Assembly (NCBI GenBank): GCA_025361335.1
Contig: JANYAK010000011.1
Span: forward strand, 2,751 to 66,750
DNA length: 64,000 nucleotides
Direction: 5' to 3'
DNA from: Coriobacteriia bacterium
Lineage (GTDB): Bacteria; Actinomycetota; Coriobacteriia; Anaerosomatales; PALSA-660
A model generated the notes under the pieces. That model was not told where the DNA came from, did not search any database, and worked only from the letters and a program-made list of their open reading frames with translations. Of the stretch, positions 38,375 through 47,850 are shown one piece after another (the stretch's first letter is position 1; each line of letters opens with the position of its first letter). The translations under genes and the position numbers were made by a program.

Positions 38375-39636
38375 TGGCGAACCTGACCGTCGAGCACGTC
38401 GCTCGGATCGAGGGGCACGGCAACATCTCTGTGAGCGTCGAGGAGGGTGTCGTCCGCGACATCCAGATGGACGTCGTGGAGCCCGCGCGGTTCTTCGAGT
38501 CGATGGTGGTCGGCCGACGCTTCGAGGACGCGCCTCTGATCACGTCCCGGATCTGCGGCATCTGCTCCCCCAACCATGCGCTGACGTCGATCAAGGCGGT
38601 GGAGGCGGCGTTGGGAGTCGAGGTCTCCGAGCGCACCAGACTGCTTCGCACGCTGCTGGTGTACGGCTCGTATCTCCAGAACCACGCGACACATCTGTAC
38701 GTGTTCGCCGCTCCGGACTTCGTGGGACTGCCCAATATCTTCCCGCTCGCGCAGACGCACCCCGATGTCGTGGGCCGGGCACTCAAGATCAAGAAGCTCG
38801 GCAACGAGCTGTGCAACCTCGTGGGCGGGCGTTCCGTCCACCCCGTGACGGCCGTTGTCGGCGGGTTCACGTCCGAACCGAGCAGCAGAGACCTGTCCGC
38901 CATGCGCGCCCGGTTGCGAGATATCGTCGGCGACGCTCTGGCGACCGTGGATCTGTTCGCGTCGTTCAAGGTGCCGGACTTCGATACGGCGGGCGAGATG
39001 CTCGCTCTGACCTCGCCGACGGAGTATGCGATCTACGACGGCGACGTCACGGCGCTCGACGCCGGTTGGACCCGCCCGGCGGCCGACTATCACGACACCC
39101 TGCGTGAGAGCATCGTCGGCCACAGCAACGCCAAGCATTCGACGGTCGGCGGCAGGCCCTTCCTTGTGGGAGCGGTGGCCCGGATGAACCTGAACGCGCA
39201 GCGTCTGGGTGCTCGGGGGCGAGACGCACTCGAGGCCTCCGGGCTGGTGCTGCCCACGCGCAATCCGTTTCACACGCACGTGTGCCAGGCCGTCGAGCTC
39301 GTCGACGCGGCGGAGCGGTGCGCTGGCTACATCGACCGACTGATCGGTTCTGACGGGTCGTCGGAGCCTGTGGCCGTCGACGTTTCGGCCGGCACCGGTG
39401 CCGGCGCCACGGAGGCGCCCCGCGGCACGCTGTACCACTCGTACTCGATCGGCGATGACGGTCTCATCACGAAGGGCGACGTCATCACCCCGACGGCGCA
39501 GAACCTCGCGAACCTCGAGGCGGACATGAGGGCGTTCGCCCCTACGGTCGCCGATCGGCCGAGGGAGGAGTTCGTGCTCCTGATCGAGGAGCTGGTCCGC
39601 TCGTACGACCCATGCCTTTCCTGCGCGGTCCACTAA
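38374..39636 (+). CDS. hydA: Group 3b [NiFe] hydrogenase large (alpha) subunit
   Basis: VARIEGHG, RICGICSPNH and the C-terminal SYDPCLSCAVH, followed directly by TAA. Confidence 0.85.
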   Translation: MANLTVEHVARIEGHGNISVSVEEGVVRDIQMDVVEPARFFESMVVGRRFEDAPLITSRICGICSPNHALTSIKAVEAALGVEVSERTRLLRTLLVYGSYLQNHATHLYVFAAPDFVGLPNIFPLAQTHPDVVGRALKIKKLGNELCNLVGGRSVHPVTAVVGGFTSEPSSRDLSAMRARLRDIVGDALATVDLFASFKVPDFDTAGEMLALTSPTEYAIYDGDVTALDAGWTRPAADYHDTLRESIVGHSNAKHSTVGGRPFLVGAVARMNLNAQRLGARGRDALEASGLVLPTRNPFHTHVCQAVELVDAAERCAGYIDRLIGSDGSSEPVAVDVSAGTGAGATEAPRGTLYHSYSIGDDGLITKGDVITPTAQNLANLEADMRAFAPTVADRPREEFVLLIEELVRSYDPCLSCAVH

Positions 39637-39803
39637 ACGATGGACGCGCGTCGCGCGTGATGGTTGAATGACTCAATCCCGACGCGACAGGGCTGAAGGA
39701 ACATCGTCGCCGACGACGAATAGTGGGGAATACCATCCGGCCCGAGGGGGCGCGGAGGCCAGGATCCTGCGATAGCGGTCGGCGAGCAAGCGGCATGACA
39801 ACG

Positions 39804-39833
39804 GCGCTCTCCGCGCATATCCGCGGAGAGCGC
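39804..39833 (+). other. Perfect 12-bp GC-rich inverted repeat/hairpin in the hyd-rnf spacer
   Basis: gcgctctccgcg-catatc-cgcggagagcgc, ending 43 nt upstream of the rnfC start. Confidence 0.6.
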
Positions 39834-39875
39834 TGGCGCCCTAAGACATGTTCTTCCGACGAGAGGGGTGAGCAC

Positions 39876-41189
39876 TTGGCGGTTCGGTTGTTCCGGGGCG
39901 GGGTGCATCCGCCGGACCGAAAGGAAGCGACCGCTTCCCAAGCCGTCGCTCGGGCGCCGCTGCCCGAGCGCATCGTGCTGCCGATGAGCCAGCATCTCGG
40001 GGCGCCGTGCCAGCCTCTGGTCGCCAAGGGCGATCGGGTGAGCCGAGGCCAGGTGGTCGGGTCTGTCGACGCGATGATCAGCGCGCCCGTCCACTCGCCG
40101 GTCTCCGGTGAGGTCGTCGATGTTGCGAAGGCGCTCACACCCAGCGGGGCGCGCGTGATGTGCGTCCACATCCACCCCGATGCGGACCAGGACCTCGCGA
40201 CGTTCGTGCCCATAGACGCCGCTGCCGACGATGTGGCCGCCATTGCTCGCGCGGCCGGAGTCGTCGGACTCGGTGGCGCCGCGTTTCCGACGTCGGTGAA
40301 ACTCGTGCCGCCGAAGCGCTCGCCGATCGACACGCTCATCCTCAACGGCTGCGAATGCGAGCCGTTCCTGACATGCGATCACCGGGTGATGATCGAGAGC
40401 GCCGACGCCGTCGTGGCGGGAGCCGCGCGGATCGCATCCGCAGTGGGCGCGAAGCGTGTCGTCGTCGGTGTCGAGGACAACAAGCCCGACGCCTTGGAAG
40501 CCCTGCGCAAGGCAGTGTCGGAGGCCGGGGCCGACATCGAGACGGTCGGCCTTCCGACACGATATCCCCAGGGCGCGGAGAAGCAGCTCATCTTCGCGCT
40601 CACGGGCCGAGTCGTGCCGCAGGGGCAACTGCCCTCGTCCGTGGGCGTGCTCGTCCACAACGTCGGCACCGCGGTCGCGATCCACGAGGCCGTCGCGTCG
40701 CGCAAGCCGCTCATGGAGCGGGTCGTCACGGTCGCGGGGGCGGTGGCTCAGCCGGGCAACTTCCTGGTGCTACTGGGCACTCCCATCTCCGACCTGATAG
40801 AGGCGGCGGGCGGGCTCGTCGGAGACGTCGGGCGCATCGTCGCCGGCGGGCCGATGACCGGGCAATCCCTCGCTTCGCTCGACGTGCCCGTCGTGAAGGG
40901 GACGTCCGGAGTCGTCGTTCTGACCGCCGAGGAGTCGGCGCCGCATGTCGACGGCGATCAGCCATGCATCCGTTGCGGGCGCTGCGTCGAAGCCTGCCCG
41001 ATGGACCTGCACCCCTTCGCGATCGCGTCACATGCCGACCGGCGCATGTGGTTCGGCGTCGAGCGCTTCCATGGCCTGGACTGCATCGAATGCGGTTGCT
41101 GCAGCTACGTGTGCCCGACCCGAAGGCCGCTGGTCCAGCTGATCAAGTCGGGCAAGTCGGCCCTGATGGTGAAAGGGGTGAAGCGGTGA
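39876..41189 (+). CDS. rnfC: Rnf electron transport complex subunit C
   Basis: RLFRGGVHPP N-terminus and GLGGAAFPT. Ferredoxin motifs CIRCGRCVEACP and CIECGCCSYVCP. TTG 39876 has GAGAGGGG upstream. Confidence 0.9.
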   Translation: MAVRLFRGGVHPPDRKEATASQAVARAPLPERIVLPMSQHLGAPCQPLVAKGDRVSRGQVVGSVDAMISAPVHSPVSGEVVDVAKALTPSGARVMCVHIHPDADQDLATFVPIDAAADDVAAIARAAGVVGLGGAAFPTSVKLVPPKRSPIDTLILNGCECEPFLTCDHRVMIESADAVVAGAARIASAVGAKRVVVGVEDNKPDALEALRKAVSEAGADIETVGLPTRYPQGAEKQLIFALTGRVVPQGQLPSSVGVLVHNVGTAVAIHEAVASRKPLMERVVTVAGAVAQPGNFLVLLGTPISDLIEAAGGLVGDVGRIVAGGPMTGQSLASLDVPVVKGTSGVVVLTAEESAPHVDGDQPCIRCGRCVEACPMDLHPFAIASHADRRMWFGVERFHGLDCIECGCCSYVCPTRRPLVQLIKSGKSALMVKGVKR

Positions 41190-42241
41190 GCGATCGGTCC
41201 AGTCCCGCGGGAGTCGCCGCCTCACACGTCGTCGGGCCGGCTCCCCACATCGCCGCGCCCCTCAGCTGCCGACACATCATGCTGTGGGTCATCGCGGCTC
41301 TGGCGCCCGCCGCTCTGTGGGCGATCGGGAACATGGGCGCGCCCGCCATCGTCACTTTCGGCGTCGGCATCGGCTCGTGCGTTCTCACGGAGTTCGCATG
41401 GAACGCGCTCCTCAAGCGCACGCAGACCATCGGCGACATGTCCGCGGTCGTCACGGGCATGCTTCTGGCGATGTCGGTCCCCCCACGCACTCCCTGGTGG
41501 ATCTGCATGGTGGGCGGCATCGTGGCCATCGGTCTCGCGAAGATGCTCTTCGGTGGGCTCGGGTTCAACCTGTTCAATCCGGCACTCGTCGGCCGCGCCA
41601 TCGTCATGATGTCGTGGCTGGGGGTCATGTCGGAGATCAAGACCCCTGCGGGCGTCCCGGCTCCCGGAGGCTGGTTCGCGGCGTTGTCCGTGCCCGCCTC
41701 CGGCAAGCTCGACGCCATCAACGGCGCGACGCGGCTGGCCATCGCCGCCGCGGACCGAGCCGGCAACGGCGGATATGCGTACGATCTCGCGAAGCAGTAC
41801 GGACCGTTGCTGCTGAGGAACCTCGAGGGCTCGCTCGGCGAGGTGTCCGCGGGGCTGCTGATCCTGGGTGGGCTCGTGCTGCTGGCCCGCGGCATCATCG
41901 ATTGGCGCATACCGGTCGGCTACATCGGGTCCGTCGCCGCGCTGTCGTGGGCGTTCGGCTCCGACCCCATCTTCAATGTGCTCGCTGGAGGCGTGCTCCT
42001 CGGGGCGTTCTTCATGGCCACCGACTACGTCACATCCCCGATCACCCGCAACGGGCGCCTCGTGTTCGGCATCGGGTGCGGGGTCTTCAACATCGTGACG
42101 CGCTTCTTCGGACCGATGCCCGAGACGACCACGTTCGCGATCCTGTTCATGAACGGGCTCGCCCCGCTGATCGACCGCATGTTCATGCCCAAACCCTTCG
42201 GCTATCTCAGGCCCGCGAAGGCGGTGAAGGCAGATGCTTAG
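41186..42241 (+). CDS. rnfD: Rnf complex subunit D
   Basis: Polytopic membrane protein with GGLGFNLFNPALVGRA and FFMATDYVTSP (FMN attachment region). GTGA overlap with rnfC. Confidence 0.9.
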   Translation: MSDRSSPAGVAASHVVGPAPHIAAPLSCRHIMLWVIAALAPAALWAIGNMGAPAIVTFGVGIGSCVLTEFAWNALLKRTQTIGDMSAVVTGMLLAMSVPPRTPWWICMVGGIVAIGLAKMLFGGLGFNLFNPALVGRAIVMMSWLGVMSEIKTPAGVPAPGGWFAALSVPASGKLDAINGATRLAIAAADRAGNGGYAYDLAKQYGPLLLRNLEGSLGEVSAGLLILGGLVLLARGIIDWRIPVGYIGSVAALSWAFGSDPIFNVLAGGVLLGAFFMATDYVTSPITRNGRLVFGIGCGVFNIVTRFFGPMPETTTFAILFMNGLAPLIDRMFMPKPFGYLRPAKAVKADA

Positions 42242-42839
42242 GCTCTACATGAGGCTCGGGATCCCTGTGCTGGTCGTGTGCATCGTCGCCGCGGCCGGCC
42301 TCGGTGTCACCTACGCCATGACGAAGGACAAGATCGCCGCCCAGGACCGCGAGGCGAAGGCGAAGTCCTTGCGCATCGTCCTGGGGCGTGCGAAGTCCTT
42401 CGTCGAGCTCGACGCGAAGAAGGACGCCGTTGTCTACGAGAAAGCCACGGCGGCCGCGGTGGACGTCCGTGTCGACGGTCTGTTCCGCGCCCTCGACGGC
42501 ACCGGCGCCCAGGTCGGTTGGGGCCTGCTCGTGGCTCCCCGCGGCTACGGCGGACCGATCTCGATGGCTGTCGGCGTGGATAGGAACGGGAAAGTCACTG
42601 GCGCTACGATCGCGTCGATGAACGAGACGCCGGGTCTCGGCACCAAGGTGATCACGCAGAAGGACTGGCTGCCACGGTTCTCCGGACTGGACACGTCGGC
42701 AGGGACCGAGTCGGTCAGGAAGATCGACACGATCATGGGCGCGACCAAGTCGTCACGCGGGGTCCGCAAGGGCGTCGGGGCGGCCGCGGCCATCTACACG
42801 GATGTTCTCAAGAGTCTTGAAGGGGGGAGCGGGCAGTGA
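42234..42839 (+). CDS. rnfG: Rnf complex subunit G (FMN-binding)
   Basis: N-terminal TM helix, ETPGLG and ATKSSRGV (covalent-FMN Ser/Thr context). Confidence 0.85.
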   Translation: MLRLYMRLGIPVLVVCIVAAAGLGVTYAMTKDKIAAQDREAKAKSLRIVLGRAKSFVELDAKKDAVVYEKATAAAVDVRVDGLFRALDGTGAQVGWGLLVAPRGYGGPISMAVGVDRNGKVTGATIASMNETPGLGTKVITQKDWLPRFSGLDTSAGTESVRKIDTIMGATKSSRGVRKGVGAAAAIYTDVLKSLEGGSGQ

Positions 42840-43486
42840 AGGAGTGGATGAGAGTCCTGAGAAACGGCCTGTCGCTCGAGAACCCGCTCACCGTGCTGAT
42901 GATCGGACTGTGCTCGACGCTCGCGGTCTCCACGAAGCTCGAGGGTGCCTTCTTCATGGGCATCGGCGTGATCTTCGTGCTCGTCATGAGCAACGTGCTC
43001 ATCGCCGCCGTGCGCAAGTTCACACCCGACGAGGTGCGCATCCCGATATTCATCGTGATCATCGCGTCGTTCGTGACCATCGTCGACCTCGTGATGAAGG
43101 CGTACCTGCCGAGCGTGTATTCGTTCCTGGGTGTGTGGATCCCGCTCATCGTGGTCAACTGCATCGTCTTGGGGCGCGCGGAGGCCTTCGCCTATCACAA
43201 CACGGTGTGGCTCTCGGTCGCGGACGGCATCGGCATGGGCCTCGGCTACACGGTGATCATCGCCGGGCTGGCCGCCTTCCGCGAGCTGTTCGGGAGCGGA
43301 CAGCTGCAGTTCCTCGGGGCGACACTGGTGACCATGCCGGCCTTCTACCGGCCGCCCAACATCCTGTTGCTCTTCCCGGGCGCCTTCATCCTGTTCGGGC
43401 TGATCATCGCCGGATCGCAGGCGCTGAACCGCCGGATCGCGGCGAAGGACGCGGCGCAGGCTGCTTCGCTGAAGGAGGCGGTGTGA
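42836..43486 (+). CDS. rnfE: Rnf complex subunit E
   Basis: NPLTVLMIGLCSTLAVS and GVWIPLIVVNCIVLGRAEAFA motifs. Confidence 0.9.
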   Translation: MKEWMRVLRNGLSLENPLTVLMIGLCSTLAVSTKLEGAFFMGIGVIFVLVMSNVLIAAVRKFTPDEVRIPIFIVIIASFVTIVDLVMKAYLPSVYSFLGVWIPLIVVNCIVLGRAEAFAYHNTVWLSVADGIGMGLGYTVIIAGLAAFRELFGSGQLQFLGATLVTMPAFYRPPNILLLFPGAFILFGLIIAGSQALNRRIAAKDAAQAASLKEAV

Positions 43487-43487
43487 G

Positions 43488-44108
43488 ATGAGCGGCGTCG
43501 CGCAGTTGATGCTCCTGTTCATCGGGGCCGCACTCGTCAACAACATCCTGCTCACGAGGTTCATCGCTCTGTGCAGCTTCTTCGGCATCTCCAACGACAT
43601 GCACACGTCGATCGGCATGAGCCTGGCGGTCATCTTCGTGATGATGATGGCGTCCACCGCCACCTGGATGTTCTACTACTTCCTTCTGAAGCCGCTCGGG
43701 GTGGGGGAGTTCCTCTACATCCCCGCCTTCATCCTCGTCATCGCCGCCCTGGTCCAGTTCGTGGAGATGTACTTGCGCAAGTACAGCCCGGCGCTCTACC
43801 GCGCCATGGGCATCTACCTGCCGCTCATCACGACCAACTGCGCCGTGCTCGCGGCGGCTACCGAGGCCGTGAAGCCCGGCTTCTTCAAGATGGGGATCGC
43901 GTACAACTTCACCCTCGGCGAGAACCTGATCTACACGCTGGGTGTCTCGTGCGGCTACGGCTTCGCGTTGCTGTCGTTCACGGCGATGCGGGAGCGCCTC
44001 GAGCTGGCGCAGGTGCCGGAATGGCTCAAGGGCTCGCCCATGGCGTTCATCACCGCGGGCCTGCTCACGCTCGGCTACATCGGTCTCGGCTCGCTCTTCG
44101 GGCTGTAG
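43488..44108 (+). CDS. rnfA: Rnf complex subunit A
   Basis: ALVNNILLTRFIALCSFFG and GIYLPLITTNCAVLA motifs. Confidence 0.9.
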   Translation: MSGVAQLMLLFIGAALVNNILLTRFIALCSFFGISNDMHTSIGMSLAVIFVMMMASTATWMFYYFLLKPLGVGEFLYIPAFILVIAALVQFVEMYLRKYSPALYRAMGIYLPLITTNCAVLAAATEAVKPGFFKMGIAYNFTLGENLIYTLGVSCGYGFALLSFTAMRERLELAQVPEWLKGSPMAFITAGLLTLGYIGLGSLFGL

Positions 44109-44121
44109 GAGGGAGGCGGAT

Positions 44122-45030
44122 ATGGACGTCATGCTCATCGTCAAAGCGGTCGGCGCGCTGAGTCTCATCGGCGTGATGTCGGCGATCCTTCTCGCCACGG
44201 CGGCCCAGAAGTTCCACGTCGATATCGACCCCCGCGTCCAGCAGGTGTTGGACGCGCTTCCCGGGGCGAACTGCGGCGCCTGCGGCAACCCGAGCTGCTT
44301 CTCGGTGGCCGAGGGAATAGCCGAAGGAAGGCTCCTCGCCACAACGTGTGTGGCGGGTGGGCAGGAGGTCGCTGATGCGGTCGCGACAGTGATGGGGCAG
44401 GACACCTGCGTCGTCGCCACAGTCCTCGCCTGTCGGCATTGCGGAGGCGGGACGAAGGCGCAGCGCGCGTACGTGTACGGCGGCGCACATTCGTGCAACG
44501 CGGTGGACAAGCTGGCCGGAGGATCCCTGCTCTGCCCCAACGGTTGTCTCGGCTACGGCGACTGCGTGCGGGCATGCCCCTTCGACGCCATGTCGATGGA
44601 CGAGCGGGGACTTCCCGTGATCGACCTGGCGAAGTGCACCGGGTGCGGGGTATGCGTCACGGAGTGCCCGCGCGGTGGGACCGGCCTGCTCGAACTGGTA
44701 CCCGAGTCCGCGGCCGTCGTCGTGCGGTGCGGGTCGCGCGATCGGGTCAAAGAGCGTCGCGCCTACTGTCCGATGACATGCATCGCATGCAAGAAGTGTG
44801 AACGCGCCTGCCCGTCGGATGCGATCCACGTCATCGACATGCTCGCGGTGGTCGACTACGACAAGTGCACCGCGTGCAACACATGCGTGGCCGTGTGCCC
44901 GCAGAAGTGCATCGACGTGACGGGACGAGCATCCAGGAGGTCGGCGACGGTCACCGACGGCACCGCCGGGGACTTCGAGGGGTTCGTCTCGAAGTCAGCC
45001 GCGCAGGTCGAGGAGGCCGAGCAGGCGTGA
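44122..45030 (+). CDS. rnfB: Rnf complex subunit B (multi-ferredoxin)
   Basis: N-terminal TM helix, LPGANCGACGNPSCF and several CxxCxxCxxxCP motifs. ATG 44122 has GGAGGGAGG upstream. Confidence 0.9.
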   Translation: MDVMLIVKAVGALSLIGVMSAILLATAAQKFHVDIDPRVQQVLDALPGANCGACGNPSCFSVAEGIAEGRLLATTCVAGGQEVADAVATVMGQDTCVVATVLACRHCGGGTKAQRAYVYGGAHSCNAVDKLAGGSLLCPNGCLGYGDCVRACPFDAMSMDERGLPVIDLAKCTGCGVCVTECPRGGTGLLELVPESAAVVVRCGSRDRVKERRAYCPMTCIACKKCERACPSDAIHVIDMLAVVDYDKCTACNTCVAVCPQKCIDVTGRASRRSATVTDGTAGDFEGFVSKSAAQVEEAEQA

Positions 45031-45047
45031 CGCAAGGCGATCGGCTC

Positions 45048-45386
45048 ATGATCGTGGCCGTGGCCCTTCTCGCCGTGCTGGCGTGGCCGGTCACCTATCT
45101 CGCTGCGTCCGGGAGATCGGACGTCGTCGTGGTGACCGGGCCTCACGGCCGAAGTGAGATCCCGTTGGAGGGCCCCTCGACCGTCGACGTCGAAGGCGCG
45201 GGAGGTCCGGTCACCGTGGTCATCCAAGATGGCGAAGTGCGAGTCGCCGCCTCCACGTGCCCGGACAAGCTGTGCGTGCGCCAGGGTGTCATCTCCGGTC
45301 CCGGCGAGGCGATCGTCTGCGTTCCAAACGGCGTGACCGTTCGCGTGGGGGGCGGTGGCGATGCGCTCGACTCGGTGGTCCGCTGA
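45048..45386 (+). CDS. NusG domain II-containing protein (DUF1312)
   Basis: TM helix followed by VIQDGEVRVAASTCPDKLCVRQGVISGPGEAIVCVPNGVTVRV, the characteristic family motif. Confidence 0.75.
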   Translation: MIVAVALLAVLAWPVTYLAASGRSDVVVVTGPHGRSEIPLEGPSTVDVEGAGGPVTVVIQDGEVRVAASTCPDKLCVRQGVISGPGEAIVCVPNGVTVRVGGGGDALDSVVR

Positions 45387-45909
45387 CGGCGAGACGACGC
45401 GTTCGCTTGCCACCGCGGGGCTGCTCGTCGCTCTCGGCGCGGTCCTCGGGCTGGTCGAGAGCTCCATCCTCCCTCCGTTGCCCGTCCCCGGTGTCCGCCT
45501 CGGGCTGGCGAACATCGCCGTCGTCCTCGCGTTGTTCCTCTTGGGCCCGCGCAAGGCCCTGGTCGTGAGCATCCTGAGGGTGGTTCTCGTCGGCATGGCC
45601 GCAGGTTCGCTCGGCGGTCCCGCGGGCCTTCTGGCGCTGGCGGGGGCGGTCTGCGCGTGGGCCGTCATGGCCGGGATGGCCTCGCGTGGCGATGCGTTCT
45701 CCGTCGTGGGGTGGTCGGTGGCGGGCGCCGCGGCCCACGTGATCGGCCAATTGGTCGCCGCCTGCCTGGTCGTCGGGTCGGCTGCCCCGCTCCTCTTCGC
45801 GCCCGTTTCGCTGGCGCTGTCGCTCGGATGTGGTCTGTCGGTCGGGTACTCCGTCCGTCTCCTGCTCTCGCGTCTTCCCCTGAAGGTCCGTGCAGAGGTG
45901 ACCGGATAG
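45355..45909 (+). CDS. Gx transporter family protein (heptaprenyl diphosphate synthase component I-like)
   Basis: GLVESSILPPLPVPGVRLGLANIAVVLAL motif in a five-TM protein. It overlaps the preceding DUF1312 gene, which is the usual pairing. Confidence 0.75.
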   Translation: MAMRSTRWSADGETTRSLATAGLLVALGAVLGLVESSILPPLPVPGVRLGLANIAVVLALFLLGPRKALVVSILRVVLVGMAAGSLGGPAGLLALAGAVCAWAVMAGMASRGDAFSVVGWSVAGAAAHVIGQLVAACLVVGSAAPLLFAPVSLALSLGCGLSVGYSVRLLLSRLPLKVRAEVTG

Positions 45910-45923
45910 CAGGGGAGGCGTTG

Positions 45924-46586
45924 GTGGCGCCGAGGATGATCGTCGACAGGCGTTCGCTCAGGGATGTCGTACTATGCGGCCGCGCGGAATCGCTGTCAGA
46001 CGCCGCGCTCGTCGGCGTCCTCGTCGCCGAGGGATCCGAGGAGACGGGGCGGGCGGTCCTTGACGCCCATCCCATCCCCGACGGGTTCTGGCGGCTCACC
46101 GCGGAGGACCTGGTCCAGTTGCCCGGCGTGGGCCCCGCGGGAGCCGCGCGGCTGCTGGTCTGTCTCGAGATGAGTCGCCGCGCCTCGGGGTGGTCGCCGG
46201 CTCGCCGCCCGACGGTCTCGACTCCCGAGGACGTGATCTCGCTGTGCGCGACTCAGCTGCGGGGCCTCGATCGCGAGCACTTCTGGGCGCTCGCCCTCAA
46301 CACGAAGAATCAACTGCTGCGGGTGGTCGAGGTGTCGGTGGGCAGTCTCAACGCGTCCATCGTCCACCCTCGCGAGCTGTTCAAGGAGGCGGTGAAACTC
46401 TCAGCCGCCTCGATCGTGGTCGTGCACAATCACCCCAGCGGGGATCCGACCCCGTCGGGAGCGGACATCCAACTCACTCGCCGGCTTGTGCGAGCGGGGG
46501 AGGTCCTCGGCATCGAGCTGGTGGATCACGTCGTGATAGGCGACGGGGGCGCGCACGTCTCCCTGCGCGAGATGGGCGCGCTGTGA
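45924..46586 (+). CDS. radC: RadC-family JAB/MPN domain protein (UPF0758)
   Basis: LPGVGPAGAARLL (HhH) and VVVHNHPSGDPTPSGADIQLTRRL (JAMM motif). GTG 45924 has AGGGGAGG upstream. Confidence 0.85.
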   Translation: MAPRMIVDRRSLRDVVLCGRAESLSDAALVGVLVAEGSEETGRAVLDAHPIPDGFWRLTAEDLVQLPGVGPAGAARLLVCLEMSRRASGWSPARRPTVSTPEDVISLCATQLRGLDREHFWALALNTKNQLLRVVEVSVGSLNASIVHPRELFKEAVKLSAASIVVVHNHPSGDPTPSGADIQLTRRLVRAGEVLGIELVDHVVIGDGGAHVSLREMGAL

Positions 46587-46787
46587 CGGCCAGCCCCGGG
46601 GGCTTCGTCGCAGGTGCGGGCCGTGCGGCGGGATCTCTGTGCTAAACTCGTCCGGGCCAATCGAGCGTCGAAGTCGGCCCGTCAGGTTGCTGGCGGGTTC
46701 TTTCGTACTCCGGGCGCGGGGGGCGACGAACAGACTCATCCGGGCGTCCGCGCCCTCGAAGGGAGCGCATTCGTGTCGCTCATCGAC

Positions 46788-47810
46788 ATGTTCTTCAACT
46801 CCTGGGGCTCCGACATGGCCGTCGACCTCGGCACGGCCAACACCCTGGTGTCCGTGCGCGGCCGCGGGATCGTGCTCATCGAGCCGTCGGTCGTAGCTGT
46901 CGAGAAGGACAGCAAGCGCGTGCTGGCGGTCGGGATCGAGGCCAAACGCATGCTCGGACGCACCCCGGGCTCCATCGTGGCCATCCGCCCGCTCAAGGAC
47001 GGCGTGATCGCCGACTTCGAGGTCACCGAGGCCATGCTGCGCTACTTCATCAACAAGACGCGCGTGAAGCGTTTCCCGTGGCAGCCCAAGCCCCGCGTGG
47101 TCGTGTGCGTGCCTTCGGGCGTCACGGAGGTCGAGAAGCGCGCCGTGTTCGAGGCGACGATGCAGGCGGGTGCACGTCAGGCTTTCCTTATCGAGGAGCC
47201 CATGGCGGCGGCGATCGGGGCCGGCCTGCCGATCCAGGAGCCGACTGGCAACATGGTCGTCGACATCGGCGGCGGCACCACCGAAGTGGCCGTCATCTCG
47301 CTCGGCGGCATAGTTGTCGCTCAGTCCATCCGCATTGGCGGCGACGAATTCGACGAGGCGATCGTGGCCCACGTGAAGCGCGAGTACAACGTCCTCATCG
47401 GAGAGCGCACGGCGGAGGAGATGAAGTTCGAGATCGGCTCGGCCTTCCCGCTCGCCGACGAACTCGACGTAGAGGTGCGTGGACGCGACCTCATGACGGG
47501 ATTGCCACGCACGTTGCAGATCTCGTCGGAAGAGATCCGCGTGGCCGTCGAGGAGCCGACGAACGCCATCATCCAAGCGGTCAAGAACACGCTGGAGGAG
47601 ACGCCGCCGGAACTCTCCAGCGACATCATGGAGTACGGCATCGTCCTGACCGGCGGCGGAGCCCTTCTCAAGGGACTCGACGATCGGCTGAAGTCCGAGA
47701 CCGGCATCCCTGTCCATGTCTCCGAGAACGCGCTCATCAACGTCGTCCTGGGTAGCGCGATGGCTCTCGAGGAGATCGCCGTGCTGAAGGTACTGACCGT
47801 CTCCCGGTAA
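46788..47810 (+). CDS. mreB: Rod shape-determining protein MreB
   Basis: [37 protein letters not shown] and VLTGGGALL motifs. Confidence 0.93.
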   Translation: MFFNSWGSDMAVDLGTANTLVSVRGRGIVLIEPSVVAVEKDSKRVLAVGIEAKRMLGRTPGSIVAIRPLKDGVIADFEVTEAMLRYFINKTRVKRFPWQPKPRVVVCVPSGVTEVEKRAVFEATMQAGARQAFLIEEPMAAAIGAGLPIQEPTGNMVVDIGGGTTEVAVISLGGIVVAQSIRIGGDEFDEAIVAHVKREYNVLIGERTAEEMKFEIGSAFPLADELDVEVRGRDLMTGLPRTLQISSEEIRVAVEEPTNAIIQAVKNTLEETPPELSSDIMEYGIVLTGGGALLKGLDDRLKSETGIPVHVSENALINVVLGSAMALEEIAVLKVLTVSR

Positions 47811-47850
47811 CGCCGGCAGGCTGTCCGGGAAGAAGGTCCGCGGCGACGCG

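Noticed and set aside
39664-39676. An FNR/CRP-like near-palindrome, TTGAATGACTCAA, about 200 nt upstream of rnfC, possibly a target of the Crp/Fnr regulator at 20143.
   Set aside because: The half-sites TTGA/TCAA are separated by 5 nt rather than the 6 nt of the TTGAT-N4-ATCAA consensus. One inner position breaks the symmetry, and I found no second copy upstream of the hydrogenase operons. The evidence is too weak to call.
40160-41185. The upstream 342 codons of the 693-aa ORF containing RnfD.
   Set aside because: It is out of frame across rnfC and highly Arg-rich. RnfD starts at GTG 41186, overlapping the rnfC stop.
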